Assembly (NCBI GenBank): GCA_963771175.1
Contig: CAVYSY010000032.1
Location: 637,766 to 701,765 of the forward strand
Direction: 5' to 3'
DNA from: an uncultured delta proteobacterium
GTDB lineage: Bacteria; Myxococcota; Myxococcia; Myxococcales; Myxococcaceae
Length of the DNA: 64,000 nt
Numbering within the stretch: the first letter of the stretch is position 1; the number at the start of each line of letters is the position of its first letter. Positions 22,870-35,947 of the stretch are shown one piece after another. The notes under the pieces are model-generated. The model was not told the origin of the DNA. It saw nothing but the letters and a program-made list of their open reading frames with translations, and did no database searches. The translations under genes and the position numbers were made by a program.

Positions 22870-23697
22870 GTGGACATCACCACGCTCGACAAGACGAACG
22901 AGAAGGTCCGGCTGGACGCCATCTCCGAAGCACCCCCGAAGGGAGCGGACAAGAACGCGGCGAATACGGAGTTCGAGTCGCTGGGCGCGGAGCTGTTCGA
23001 CCTGCAGGACCTGCTGTGGGGCGCGCGCATGAACTCCGTGCTCATCGTCCTCCAGGGCCGTGACACCGCCGGCAAGGACGGGGCCATCAAGCACGTCGCG
23101 GGCTTCCTCAATCCCCGAGGCGTCAGCGTCACCTCTTTCGGCGTCCCCAGCGAGGAGGAGCGGGAGCACGACTTCCTCTGGCGCATCCACCGCCACACGC
23201 CGCGCCAGGGGGAGCTCGCCATCTTCAACCGCTCCCACTACGAGGATGTGCTCGTCGTGCGCGTGCACGACCTCGCCCCCGAGTCCCTCTGGAAGGAGCG
23301 CTACGGACACATCCGCGACTTCGAGGAGCTGCTCGTCGAGCACGGCACCATCGTCCTCAAGTTCTTCCTCCACATCAGCCGCGAGGAGCAGAAGAAGCGC
23401 CTCCTCGAGCGCGAGCAGGAGCCGCGCAAGGCCTGGAAGCTCAACGCCGGGGACTGGGAGGACCGAGAGCACTGGGACGACTACACGGCGGCCTATGAGG
23501 AGGCCCTCTCGCGCACGGCGACCAGGAGGGCCCCGTGGACCATCGTGCCCGCGGACTCGAAGTGGTACCGGAACCTGGTGGTGGCGCGCGCGCTCACCGA
23601 GGCGCTCCGGCCCTACCGCAAGGACTGGCAGAAGCGGCTCGACGAGGTGGGCACGCGCAAGAAGGCGGAGCTCGAGGCCTGGCGAAAGGGCCGGTAA
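22870..23697 (+). CDS. ppk2: Polyphosphate kinase 2 family protein
   Basis: LQGRDTAGKDG, HDFLWR, FNRSHYEDVL, KFFLHIS, VPADSKWYR; GTG start after GGAGGG. Confidence 0.92.
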   Translation: MDITTLDKTNEKVRLDAISEAPPKGADKNAANTEFESLGAELFDLQDLLWGARMNSVLIVLQGRDTAGKDGAIKHVAGFLNPRGVSVTSFGVPSEEEREHDFLWRIHRHTPRQGELAIFNRSHYEDVLVVRVHDLAPESLWKERYGHIRDFEELLVEHGTIVLKFFLHISREEQKKRLLEREQEPRKAWKLNAGDWEDREHWDDYTAAYEEALSRTATRRAPWTIVPADSKWYRNLVVARALTEALRPYRKDWQKRLDEVGTRKKAELEAWRKGR

Positions 23698-23721
23698 GTG
23701 CGTCGCCGGGCTCCTCCGTCC

Positions 23722-25254
23722 ATGCATCCGGAAACCGCCACCGCCCCGCGCGTCCCGCCGCTGCTCGTCCCCGGGCTCGCACTCGCCACGGCGGCACTGC
23801 ACCTGCTCTTCGCCCACCGCTACGGCTACTTCCGGGACGAGCTCTACTTCATCGCCTGCGGCCAGCGGCTCGACTGGGGCTACGTGGACCAGCCGCCCCT
23901 CATCGCCGTGGCCGCCCGGCTCGCCACCGCGCTCTTCGGCGCACTCGCTCCCGGCTTGAGGGTGCTGCCCGCGCTCGCCGCCGCCGGCCTCGTGGCGCTC
24001 ACCGGGCAGCTCACGCGACGCCTCGGCGGCGGAGCGCTTCGCCGTGGCGCTCTCCGCCGTGGCCACCGCGCTCGCCCCCATCTTCCTGCGTTCGAGGGCC
24101 ACACCCTCACGATGAACGCCTTCGAGCCCCTCCTCTGGACGGGCTGCGCCGCCGTGCTGGTGCACATGGTCCGCACCGGGCGAACACCGGCGTGGCTCGC
24201 CCTGGGTGCGCTCGTCGGCGTGGGCCTGCTCAACAAGTACTCGATGGGTTTCTTCACCGCGTGCCTCGGGCTCGGCTCCTGCTCACTCCGCGCGCGCGGG
24301 CTGCTGCCAGCCGGTGGCTCGTGCTCGGCGTGCTGCTCGCCATCGCTGCTCGTGCTGCCCAACCTCCTCTGGCAGCACCAACATGGCTGGCCCATGCTCG
24401 AGCTGCTGCGCAACGGGCAGCTCTACAAGAACGCCCCGTTCGCAGCTCGGCGAGTTCGTCCGCGGGCAGCTCTTCATGCTCCACCCGCTCTCCGTGCCGC
24501 TGTGGCTCACCGGGCTCGGCTTCCTGCTGTTCGCCCCCGCCGCCCGCCCCTACCAGGCCCTCGGGCTCACCTACGTCTTCCTCTTCGGCCTGCTCGTCTT
24601 CCTGCGTGCCAAGGACTACTACCTGGCCCCCGCCTACCCCATGCTGTTCGCCGCGGGCGCGGTCGCCGCCGAGCGCCTCATCTCACGCCCGGTGCTGCGT
24701 GCCGCGGTGCTCTCCCGGGACTGGCGGGCTTCGCCGCCCTCGCGCCGCTGGCGCTACCCGTGTTGCCCGTGGACACCTTTGTCGCCTACCAGCGTGCCCT
24801 GGGCCTCGAAGCGCCCCGCCACGAGCGCCACACGTTCGGCGCCCTGCCCCAGCACTACGCGGACCAGCACGGCTGGGAGGAGCTCGTCTCCTCGGTGGCC
24901 GGGGTGTACCAGCGCCTGCCTCCAGAGACGCGGGCGCGCACCGCCCTCTTCGCGCAGAACTACGGCGAGGCCGGCGCACTCGACTGGCTCGGTGGCGCCC
25001 AGGGGCTTCCTCCGGCCCGCTCGGGCCACAACCACTACTTCCTCTGGGGGCCCGGCGAGGAGCCCGAGAACATCCTCGTGGTGGGTGGTGACCTCGAGGA
25101 ACTCCAGCCGCTGTGCGAGCGCACCGAGGTCGCCGCGCATGTGCCGCCCAATCCCTACGTGATGCCCTACGAGGACAATCTGCCGATACACCTGTGCTCG
25201 GGGCTGAAGGTGCCGCTGGCCACGCTCTGGCCAGACCTGAAGCACTACGAGTAG
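23722..25254 (+). CDS. GT39/ArnT-like membrane glycosyltransferase (multiple frameshifts)
   Basis: YGYFRDELYFIACG.RLDWGYVDQPPL, LLNKYS, PNLLWQ, AKDYYLAPAYP (other frame), NYGEAGA, SGHNHYFLWG. Confidence 0.8.
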   Translation: MHPETATAPRVPPLLVPGLALATAALHLLFAHRYGYFRDELYFIACGQRLDWGYVDQPPLIAVAARLATALFGALAPGLRVLPALAAAGLVALTGQLTRRLGGGALRRGALRRGHRARPHLPAFEGHTLTMNAFEPLLWTGCAAVLVHMVRTGRTPAWLALGALVGVGLLNKYSMGFFTACLGLGSCSLRARGLLPAGGSCSACCSPSLLVLPNLLWQHQHGWPMLELLRNGQLYKNAPFAARRVRPRAALHAPPALRAAVAHRARLPAVRPRRPPLPGPRAHLRLPLRPARLPACQGLLPGPRLPHAVRRGRGRRRAPHLTPGAACRGALPGLAGFAALAPLALPVLPVDTFVAYQRALGLEAPRHERHTFGALPQHYADQHGWEELVSSVAGVYQRLPPETRARTALFAQNYGEAGALDWLGGAQGLPPARSGHNHYFLWGPGEEPENILVVGGDLEELQPLCERTEVAAHVPPNPYVMPYEDNLPIHLCSGLKVPLATLWPDLKHYE

Positions 25255-25288
25255 ACCCACCACCTCGCGGGCCGAGCCGTGGACGAGA

Positions 25289-25872
25289 CTATTTCGACTC
25301 GTTGGCGAGGTACTGGTCCGCCTGGGCTTCCAGCTCGCGGGCAACGGAGGGGGAAACCCGGGAGAGGATCTGCCATTCCAGCTCCAGGTCCCGAACGAGC
25401 ACCGGACGGGCATTCGAGAGAGGGTCGCCCTTGACCATCATCTGAACGCCCGTTTTTTCATCCGTCCGGGGGAGGCCGGGTGGGCCGAGGTCCGCCCGAT
25501 GGTGGTGTGGGTGAGGCGGTACGCGTTCAGCACGAAGCGGCCGTCATCGAGCTGCTTCCCCATGATGAAGCGCCGCTCCATGACTCCCCCGACGTCGAGG
25601 CTCTGGTCGATGCTCACCTTCCAGGCGGTACGCACATAGAGAGGGTCCGTACTCGGCACGAGGGTGTAACCCCGCTCCTCGAGGAGCTCGCGAGCCATAT
25701 CCAGGACCTGCTCGGAGGGGAGCCGGTAGGCGACGTAGGCGGCACTGCGCTCGAGCAGGCCCTGGCGCTCGGTGGCACAGCCCGCCACCCCCAGGAGCAG
25801 CCAGCCGAGGAGCGCCACCGGGAACAGGGCATGGGTTCGCTTCCACTCGGACAGCCGGCGCGGGGAGTGCAT
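25289..25872 (-). CDS. Hypothetical myxobacterial lipoprotein (frameshift near 25470)
   Basis: Lipobox VAGC. After the G-run a shifted frame reads DEKTGVQMMVKGDPLSNARPVLVRDLELEWQILSRVSP..NESK then TAG at 25289-25291. Confidence 0.6.
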
Positions 25873-26012
25873 CCATCTCTCCTGACGTAGATGAAGCGGG
25901 ATGCTCCTGAAACGTGCTGGCGAGGCGCACATATCGAACGTCATGCACCGCGTCAGAGGAGAATGTGCGGACCCGTGGCAGAGCGATGACGTGGCGCGAG
26001 TAGACAACGCGC

Positions 26013-27017
26013 ATGTTCCTCCACGCGCTCGGACACTTCCACCCGGAGACGGTCATCACCAACGGGTTCCTCCAGGACCTCGGCCTGGAGACGGACGACG
26101 CATGGATCGTCGAGCGGGTCGGCATCCGCACCCGGCACACGGTGCTGCCGCTCGACTACATCCGCGAGACGCGCAACCGCGACGTTCGCGGGGCGCTGGA
26201 GGCGGCGCGGTACTCCAACGCGGAGACGGGCAGGCGCGCGGCGCTGATGGCGCTCCAACGCGCGGGACGCGACGTGAAGGACGTGGGCATGGTGGTCGCT
26301 GGCGGCTGCTCGCCCGACGAGTGCATTCCCGGCGGAGGCCTGCCGCATCGCCGAGGCACTGGGCATCGAAGCGCCCGTCGCTGGACCTCAACGCGGCCTG
26401 CTCCTCCTTCGGCGCCCAGTTGCACTTCCTCGCCGGAATGCGGCCGGAGCGACTGCCGGACTTCATCCTCGTGGTGAACCCGGAGAACTCCACCCGCGTG
26501 GTGGACTACTCGGACCGCTCCAGCTGCGTGCTGTGGGGCGATGGCACCAGCGCCGCGTTGCTCAGCCCGCGAATCCCCGGTCCCTGGCGCATCACCCAGA
26601 CCCTGCTCGGCGGAGACCCCTCGGGCGCGGACAAGGTGAAGGTGCCGCGCGCCGGCCACTTCACGCAGCAGGGCTCGGCGGTGCAGACCTTCGCCATCAA
26701 GCGCGCGAGCGAGACCTTCCTCAAGCTGCGCGAGCACTACCTCGCGGCCTCCCCGGGACGCACCGCGGAGGGCCTGAGCCTCATCGGGCATCAGGCGAAC
26801 CTGCGCATGCTGGAGGCGGTGCAGCGGCGCACCGAGGTGCCCGATGCGCGCCACTTCTTCAACGTGGAGCACCGCGGCAACTGCGGGGCCTCGGGCGCGC
26901 CCACGGTGCTCTCGGAGAACTGGGACAACCCCGCAGGTGGGAGACGCCGTGGCGCTCGCGGTGGTGGGCAGCGGCCTCACCTGGGCAGGCGCCCTGCTCG
27001 AGCGCTGCCGCGCGTAG
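26013..27017 (+). CDS. fabH: 3-oxoacyl-ACP synthase III family protein (frameshifts near 26330 and 26935)
   Basis: WIVERVGIRTR, DLNAACSSF (Cys), IGHQANLR (His), RGNCGASG (Asn), GSGLTWAG. Confidence 0.85.
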
Positions 27018-27134
27018 CGTCAGTCACGAGCCACGAGACGCCACGAAAGGGATATTTTCCCCCGGGTCCGGAATCAGGAAGGATGCGCGGCCCGTCGGGC
27101 GGAAGCCCGTCCCCACCTCAGTCCCGGAGCTCTC

Positions 27135-29066
27135 ATGCCGTCCTGGCCCATCCTGTCCCGAGCGCTCGCGACCGCGGCGCTCCTTCCCGCGCTGGCGCTG
27201 GCCTCACCGCCCCCGGCCGAGAAGGAACCGGCGCCAGCCACGGCCGCGAAGCCCACCGCGCGCCCCTCGAAGCAATATGCCTACGAGCAGTTCATGGAGA
27301 CGATGCAGATGAACGGGGTGGCCTTCACCTCGGACGAGAAGAAGCTCGTCTTCTCGTCGAACCAGACGGGCATCTTCAACGTCTTCAGCGTGCCGGTGGG
27401 CGGCGGCAAGCCCACGCAGTTGACCCGCTCCACCACGGACGGCTTCTCCCTCGTCGGCGCCTTCCCCCGGGACGGCCGGGTGCTGTACCAGCACGACCAG
27501 GGCGGTAACGAACTGCTGCACGTCTACGTGCGAATGCCGGATGGCAAGGAGCGCGACCTCACCCCCGGCGACAAGCTGCGCGCCACGTTCCTCGACTGGA
27601 GCCAGGACGGGTCCGCCTTCTACGTCCTCGGCAACGAGCGCGATGCGCGCTTCATGGACCTGTACCGCTACGACGCGAAGACCTACGCACGCACGCGGCT
27701 GTACCAGAACGACGGGGGCCATCGGGTGCGCGGCGTCTCTCCGGACGAGAAGTGGATCGCCCTGGAGAAGCTCCGCACCACCGCCGACAGCGACGTATGG
27801 CTCTACCACGTCGATACGAAGGAGCTGAAGCACCTGACCGCGCACCAGGGCACCGCGCAGTACTCGGTGGCCGACTTCGACCCGGCATCCGGTGCGCTGT
27901 ACGTGCTCACCAATGACGGCGCGGAGTTCACCCGCGTGGTGCGCTACGCGCCGCCCGCCTGGACGCCGGAGGAGGTGGAGAGGGCGAACTGGGACATCCT
28001 CTCCACCACCTTCTCCCGGACGGGCGCGTACCGCGTCACCAGCATCAACGAGGATGGCCGCACCACCGTACGACTCCACGACATGAAGGCGGGCACGCAG
28101 GTGGCGCTGCCCCAGTTTCCCGAGGGGAACATCAGCTCAGTCATCTTCGCGCCTGGCGAGAAGCGCCTGGCCTTCTTCCACGAGGGTGACCGCTCGCCGC
28201 AGAACCTCTACGTCTACGACCTCACCACCCAGAAGGCCACCCGCCTGACGAGCACCCTCAGCCCCCACATGGACCCGGAAGACCTGGTCGAGTCGCGGGT
28301 GGTGCGCTTCAAGTCCTTCGACGGGATGGAGATCCCCAACATCCTCTACAAGCCGCACCAGGCCACGCCGGAGAACAAGGCGCCCGCGCTCGTGTGGGTG
28401 CACGGCGGCCCCGGAGACCAGGAGCGCAAGGGTTACGCGGTGCTGATGCAGTACCTGGCCAACCATGGCTACGTGGTGCTGGGCATCAACAACCGCGGCA
28501 GCTCCGGCTACGGCAAGACGTTCTTCACCGCGGACGACCAGAAGCACGGCCGCGAGCCGCTGCGCGACTGCCTGGAGGCACGCAAGTACCTGGCCAGCCT
28601 GCCGTACGTGGACGGCTCACGCATCGGCATCATCGGCGCCAGCTACGGCGGCTACATGACACTGGCCGCCCTGACCTTCCACCCGGAGGCCTTCACCGTG
28701 GGCGTGGACGTCATCGGCTTCTCCAACTGGCTGCGCATCCTGAAGGACATCCCGCCCTTCCGGGAGGACGCCCGCGAGGCCCTCTACCGCGAGGTCGGCG
28801 ACCCGGTGAAGCAGGAGGCAATGCTGCGCGAGGTGTCCCCCTTCTTCCACACGGAGAAAATCCGCAAGCCCCTGCTCGTCGTCCAGGGAGCCAACGACCC
28901 GCACGCAGTGAAGGCGGAAACGGACGTCCTCGTCGAGGCCGTGCGGAAGAACAAGGTGCCCGTCGAGTACATTGTCTTCCCCGACGAGGGCCACGGCTTC
29001 AGCAAGAAGAAGAACGAGGTGGAGGCGTCCACGCGCATCCTCCGCTTCCTGGACCAGCACCTGTAA
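27135..29066 (+). CDS. S9 family (prolyl oligopeptidase/acylaminoacyl) peptidase, secreted
   Basis: Signal peptide, propeller region, VHGGPG, GASYGG, GAND, DEGHGF. Confidence 0.92.
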   Translation: MPSWPILSRALATAALLPALALASPPPAEKEPAPATAAKPTARPSKQYAYEQFMETMQMNGVAFTSDEKKLVFSSNQTGIFNVFSVPVGGGKPTQLTRSTTDGFSLVGAFPRDGRVLYQHDQGGNELLHVYVRMPDGKERDLTPGDKLRATFLDWSQDGSAFYVLGNERDARFMDLYRYDAKTYARTRLYQNDGGHRVRGVSPDEKWIALEKLRTTADSDVWLYHVDTKELKHLTAHQGTAQYSVADFDPASGALYVLTNDGAEFTRVVRYAPPAWTPEEVERANWDILSTTFSRTGAYRVTSINEDGRTTVRLHDMKAGTQVALPQFPEGNISSVIFAPGEKRLAFFHEGDRSPQNLYVYDLTTQKATRLTSTLSPHMDPEDLVESRVVRFKSFDGMEIPNILYKPHQATPENKAPALVWVHGGPGDQERKGYAVLMQYLANHGYVVLGINNRGSSGYGKTFFTADDQKHGREPLRDCLEARKYLASLPYVDGSRIGIIGASYGGYMTLAALTFHPEAFTVGVDVIGFSNWLRILKDIPPFREDAREALYREVGDPVKQEAMLREVSPFFHTEKIRKPLLVVQGANDPHAVKAETDVLVEAVRKNKVPVEYIVFPDEGHGFSKKKNEVEASTRILRFLDQHL

Positions 29067-29384
29067 GCAGAGACGGCGTGGTGAATCCTTCCAGGGCCGC
29101 CTTGGCTCTGACTCTCGGGGAGGCCGGCGCGGTCCGGCCCCCAGGAGGACGCACATGGCGAGGTCGACTTTGGAGGAGCGCGGGCTCACGGCGGCTGCGC
29201 GCTGGAGGCGCTGGGGAGGGATGGCGCTCGGTGGCGTCGTGGGCGCCGGCGTCCTCGTGGCGCTCGGGCAGGCGTATGCTCGCGTGGGGGGCACGTGAAG
29301 CATCCTGTGTCGCCCGGCGGTCGCCGGGCTCTATGGAGCCGTGATGGGCGCGCTGCTGGTGGCCAATGTTTGGAGGAGCAAGTC

Positions 29385-29969
29385 ATGAAGTTTCGCTGGA
29401 TGGGGTGGAGCGCCGCGTTGGCGCTGGGTGCGGGCGCGCTGGCCTGCGCGCCGGTCGCGCCGCGCGTGCTGGAGCCGGTGCCCCCGCCGCTCGCCGACAA
29501 GGTGAAGGCCGCCGAGGGCGCGATGACGACGCTGCAGCAGCGCCTCTTCCTGCGACTGTCGGAGGAGCTGGCGCGCGGGGGCCCCGCCTCGGCGGTGACG
29601 GTCTGCCGGGACGAGGCACAGGCGCTCACCGCGGAGGTGGCCCGCGAGCAGGGGCTCGAGGTGGGGCGAACCAGCCACAAGCTGCGCAACCCGAAGAATG
29701 CCCCCCGCCCCTGGGTGGCGCCGTACGTCGCCGCCGCCGAGGGCAAGCAGGCCGCCGAGGTGAAGCCGGTGGTGGTGGACCTGGGCGACCGCGTGGGCGT
29801 GCTCAAGCCGATTCCGATGGGGGCGCTGTGCGTCCAATGCCACGGCGCCGCTGACGCGCTCTCGCCCGACGTCGCACGCGGGCTGAAGGCGAGCTACCCG
29901 AGGGACGCCGCGGTCGGCTTCGCCCCGGGCGACCTGCGGGGATTCTTCTGGGCAGAGGTTCGCAAGTAG
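29385..29969 (+). CDS. DUF3365/Tll0287-like heme c lipoprotein
   Basis: Lipobox ALAC, RTSHKLRNPKNAP, CVQCH, YPRDAAVGF..GDLRG; RBS GGAGGAG. Confidence 0.85.
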   Translation: MKFRWMGWSAALALGAGALACAPVAPRVLEPVPPPLADKVKAAEGAMTTLQQRLFLRLSEELARGGPASAVTVCRDEAQALTAEVAREQGLEVGRTSHKLRNPKNAPRPWVAPYVAAAEGKQAAEVKPVVVDLGDRVGVLKPIPMGALCVQCHGAADALSPDVARGLKASYPRDAAVGFAPGDLRGFFWAEVRK

Positions 29970-30558
29970 GTGGGGCGCGGCCTTTGCGTTACGGGTGCCG
30001 CGCGCACAGCACGGTGGACCGGCTCCGCTCCAGAGGGAGGTTTTCGGCACCGGAACGCGGTTGCCCTCCGTCAGGCCGTTGTACACCGAGCCAGCAATCA
30101 AATACCTGAGCACCTGGGGGGCATTGTTGCTCTTCAGTTGCCGCCCATGCGCCACTCCCATATCGAGGACTAACAAGCATCCAGACTTCCAAGAGAGGAC
30201 AGAGCTCATCCTCAATGTGTTTGTCCTCGGAATACTTGTAGTTCATCGCGGCGCAAACGTCGTCGAGCCACGACCCATTCAATGTCATGTCGAACTGACC
30301 AATGCGTCCCGCCAGCTCGGACATGCGAAAACGGCTCATCTGGAGCGCGTCATGTTCCGTCAACGTTGGCGCCAGGAGCGTCTTCGGCTCAGCGAGTTGA
30401 GGGGGGCTTCAGTCTACATGCGCCTCTGTTGTCAGTCGACGTTGATTATTGAATCAAGGTGGAGCTGAGTCGGAGAGTGGAACCGAGTCGGCCGGGCAGT
30501 CACAGGCTTGCCCCCTGGGCTGCTTTCCCGACTCCTCGTGCTGAGCCAGCCCTCTCGG

Positions 30559-30579
30559 ATTTATCGTGAAATGATAAAT
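30559..30579. promoter_or_regulatory. AT-rich inverted repeat, putative operator
   Basis: ATTTATC-GTGAAAT-GATAAAT, 7 nt upstream of ATG 30587. Confidence 0.4.
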
Positions 30580-30586
30580 ACGTGAC

Positions 30587-31806
30587 ATGAGCCACGTGCC
30601 TCCTCTCGTGCCCTCACGACCCGCCATCGGTTCGGACTCACGACGAACCCGCCCTTGGCGTGTGCTCATCGTCGATGACGACGACTTCAGCCGGAAGACG
30701 GCCGAGGCGCTGCTGTCTCCCGCGGGCTACGCGGTGCTCCCCGCCAGAAACGGCGAGGAGGCCCTGCGGATGGCCAGCGACTCCGACCCCGACCTGGTGC
30801 TGCTGGATGTGATGATGCCGGGCCTGGACGGCTTCGAGGTCTGCCGCCGCCTGCGCGAGCGCCCATCGACGAACTACCTGCCCATCATCCTCCTCACGGC
30901 GCTGGATGGCCGGCGCGACGTCATCCTCGGGCTGGAGGCCGGCGCCGACGATTTCCTCGCCAAGCCGGTGTACGGGGCGGAGCTGCGCGCCCGCGTGGCC
31001 AACCTCCTCAAGGTGCGTGCCTACTACCAGCTCCTCGCCACCCAGCGCGATAGCGCCCTGGCCACGGTGGATGAGCTGCGTCAGCAACTGCTGCGGACCG
31101 ACCGCCTGGCCACGCTCGGCACCTTCGCCGCGGGTGTCAGCCACGAGCTGAACAACATCGCCCAGGTGCTGCGGTGCGCCGTCTCCGAGCTGCCCGCCAT
31201 GCCCGCCGACGCCGACGACCCGGACGGCGGGGACACGCGCGAAGTGCTCGCCCAGGCGACCGAGCACGTCACCGAGCTGGCCCGCACCGTCCTGCGCATC
31301 GCCCGTCCCCAGGAGGTCGGCACGCCCGAGACCAACCTGGGGCGGACGCTCGGCGAGGTGCGGGACATGTTGCGCCTCACCGGTCGCGCCCGGCACGTGC
31401 GCCTGTCACTCGCACTGCCCGAGCTGCCCTGCGTCATCCGCGCCAACCCGGTGCATGCCCAACAGGTGTTCCTCAACCTGCTCGCCAACGCCGCGGATGC
31501 CCTGGGCAACACGGAGCGGCCGGAGATCGAGGCCGGGGTGCACCACCTCCCCGACGGGCGCATCGAGGCCTGGGTGCGGGACAACGGCCCCGGCATGAGC
31601 GAGGCGGTGCTCGCCCGCGTCTTCGAGCCCTTCTTCACCACCAAGCCCGTCGGCCAGGGCACGGGACTGGGGCTGCCCGTCGTCAAGCAGCTCGTGGAGT
31701 CGTGGGGCGGGCAGCTCCACATCCACAGCCAGCCCGCCCAGGGCACCCGCGTCATCATCGAGGTCCCGGCCGTCTGCGCCCCCCCTCACAGCTCGATTTC
31801 CTCCCC

Positions 31807-31810
<4 letters not shown>
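30587..31810 (+). CDS. Hybrid response regulator-histidine kinase (REC-HisKA-HATPase)
   Basis: VLIVDDD, LLDVMMPG, SHELNN, NLLANAADA, GTGLGL. Confidence 0.92.
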
Positions 31811-34143
<2,333 letters not shown>

Positions 34144-34276
34144 CCTCGAAGAGCTCGCTGCCCGTGACGCACTGGGGTGGCCCGCGCGTAGCGTGAAAGT
34201 GATGATCGGCGCGCAGTGACTCCAGACCGCCGGGTCATGGCCTCGAGCCTGGGGCAGTCCAGACATTTGGCGCCCC

Positions 34277-35713
34277 ATGAACTCCCACCTCCTTCGCACT
34301 GTACTCACCGTCATCCTCTTGGCGGCCTGCACACCGAACTCCTCCGACCCGGGGACGAACGCTCACGAGGGAGGCCCGGACACCATGAGCCCGGCCGCCG
34401 TGGTCCCCGCGGGGGCGACGGTCGTCACCATCACCCTGGCGGACACCCTGAAGAGCCAGTTGCGCGCCGCTCCAATCTTCGCGAGGTACGGCATGCGCGC
34501 CACCTTCTACGTCAGCAGCGGGCGCATCGGGTTCCGCGACATACACCTCACGCTGGAGGATCTGCGTGCGCTCGCGGCCGCGGGGCATGAGGTGGGCAGC
34601 CACACCCTGGAGCACGAGGATCTGGAAGAGCTTCCCCCGGCGGAGGCGCGGCATCAGATCTGTGACGACCGCGTCGCCCTGATGGGTCTGGGATTCCCCG
34701 TCACGTCGTTCGCCTATCCCTTCGGCTCGGACACGCCCTCCGTGCGGCAGATCCTCATCGACTGCAATTTCAACAACGGCCGCGTCACCGGCCGCATCCG
34801 CAATCCCACCGGCTGCGCGAGCTGCCCGCTCGCGGAGAGCATTCCGCCCCCGGACCCGTTCCGCATCCGGGCGGTCACCTCCATCGAGTCGAGCTGGACG
34901 GTCGCGGACCTGCAGAGTCTGGTGCTCCAGGCCGAGAGCTCGGGCGGAGGGTGGATCATGATCACCCTGCATGAGATCTGCGATGGCTGCGCCACCTACA
35001 GCCTGTCCGAGGCGAAGCTGGATGCGTTCCTCGCCTGGCTGGCACCCCGCTCCGCCCGGGGCACCTTCGTGATGACCACGCACGAGGTCATCGGCGGACC
35101 GCTGAAGCCCGCCATCCGGAGCGATGGAGGAATCGCCGACGCGGGTGTCTTCGACGCGGGAACGCCGGATGCGGGAACGCCGGATGCGGGAGCGCCGGAT
35201 GCCGGCACCGACGCGGGAACGCCAGGAATGGTCATCCCGCTGCGAAATCCCTCGCTCGAAACGGACAGCAACGGGGACAACGTGCCCGACTGCTGGAAGA
35301 GACAGAACCTCGGCTCCACCTCGGGTGGCTGGTCACGCATCGCGGAGCCCCACACCGGGAGCTGGGCACAGCGGGCGCGCATCAGCAGCTACACCAGCGG
35401 GGACCGGAGGCTTGTGGTGCTCCAGGACACCGGGACCTGCGCACCCACGGCGATTCCAGGGCGTTCCTACCGGGTGTCCGGCTGGTACAAGACCGACTCG
35501 CGCGCCGCGTTCGTCGCCACCTACCGCGCCTCCAGTGGCACCTGGGTCTCCTGGACGGCGGGGCCGGACCTGACGCCGAGCGCCATGGTCTACAGGCGGG
35601 GTGAGTGGGTGACGCCGCCGCTGCCCGCGGGGGCCACGCACCTCAGCGTGGGGCTGGCGCTGCGAGGAGTCGGATTCATCCTCATGGATGACTTCACCCT
35701 GGAACAGCTTTAG
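34277..35713 (+). CDS. Polysaccharide deacetylase (CE4)-like lipoprotein with C-terminal carbohydrate-binding-like domain
   Basis: Lipobox LAAC, ATFYV, HEVGSHTLEH, FAYPFG, ITLHE; DAG linker; NPSLE..W jelly-roll-like tail. Confidence 0.85.
   Translation: MNSHLLRTVLTVILLAACTPNSSDPGTNAHEGGPDTMSPAAVVPAGATVVTITLADTLKSQLRAAPIFARYGMRATFYVSSGRIGFRDIHLTLEDLRALAAAGHEVGSHTLEHEDLEELPPAEARHQICDDRVALMGLGFPVTSFAYPFGSDTPSVRQILIDCNFNNGRVTGRIRNPTGCASCPLAESIPPPDPFRIRAVTSIESSWTVADLQSLVLQAESSGGGWIMITLHEICDGCATYSLSEAKLDAFLAWLAPRSARGTFVMTTHEVIGGPLKPAIRSDGGIADAGVFDAGTPDAGTPDAGAPDAGTDAGTPGMVIPLRNPSLETDSNGDNVPDCWKRQNLGSTSGGWSRIAEPHTGSWAQRARISSYTSGDRRLVVLQDTGTCAPTAIPGRSYRVSGWYKTDSRAAFVATYRASSGTWVSWTAGPDLTPSAMVYRRGEWVTPPLPAGATHLSVGLALRGVGFILMDDFTLEQL
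35138..35223 (+). repeat. Intragenic DAGxP tandem linker repeat (about 15-nt unit)
   Basis: DAGVFDAGTPDAGTPDAGAPDAGTDAGTP; DNA unit close to GATGCGGGAACGCCG. Confidence 0.8.
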
Positions 35714-35947
35714 GGCCTGCCTGACGCGCCATCCTGCGCGCGGCCATGAATGCCCAGGACCTCCTCGCCCGACTCCAGGATGCATCTCCCGACGGTCCAT
35801 CGCTGGCTCGGTGGTGATGCGGTGCTCCGCGGAACACACCGCTCAGGTGCCGCCACTCCTTGTGTGGGTCAATCCCTCTGCTTGTGAATATTCCAGTTTT
35901 CCAATATATTGCGACTATGTCGTTTATTGAGGAAAGCGGGAATTGAC

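Noticed and set aside
21527..27017. Secondary-metabolite cluster (SARP, hydroxylase, FabH, glycosyltransferase)
   Set aside because: No ACP, PKS or NRPS; genes differ in orientation and are interspersed with ppk2 and a lipoprotein.
35138..35223. Short tandem repeats as a possible CRISPR or VNTR element
   Set aside because: In-frame DAGxP linker common in myxobacterial lipoproteins; no spacers and no cas genes.
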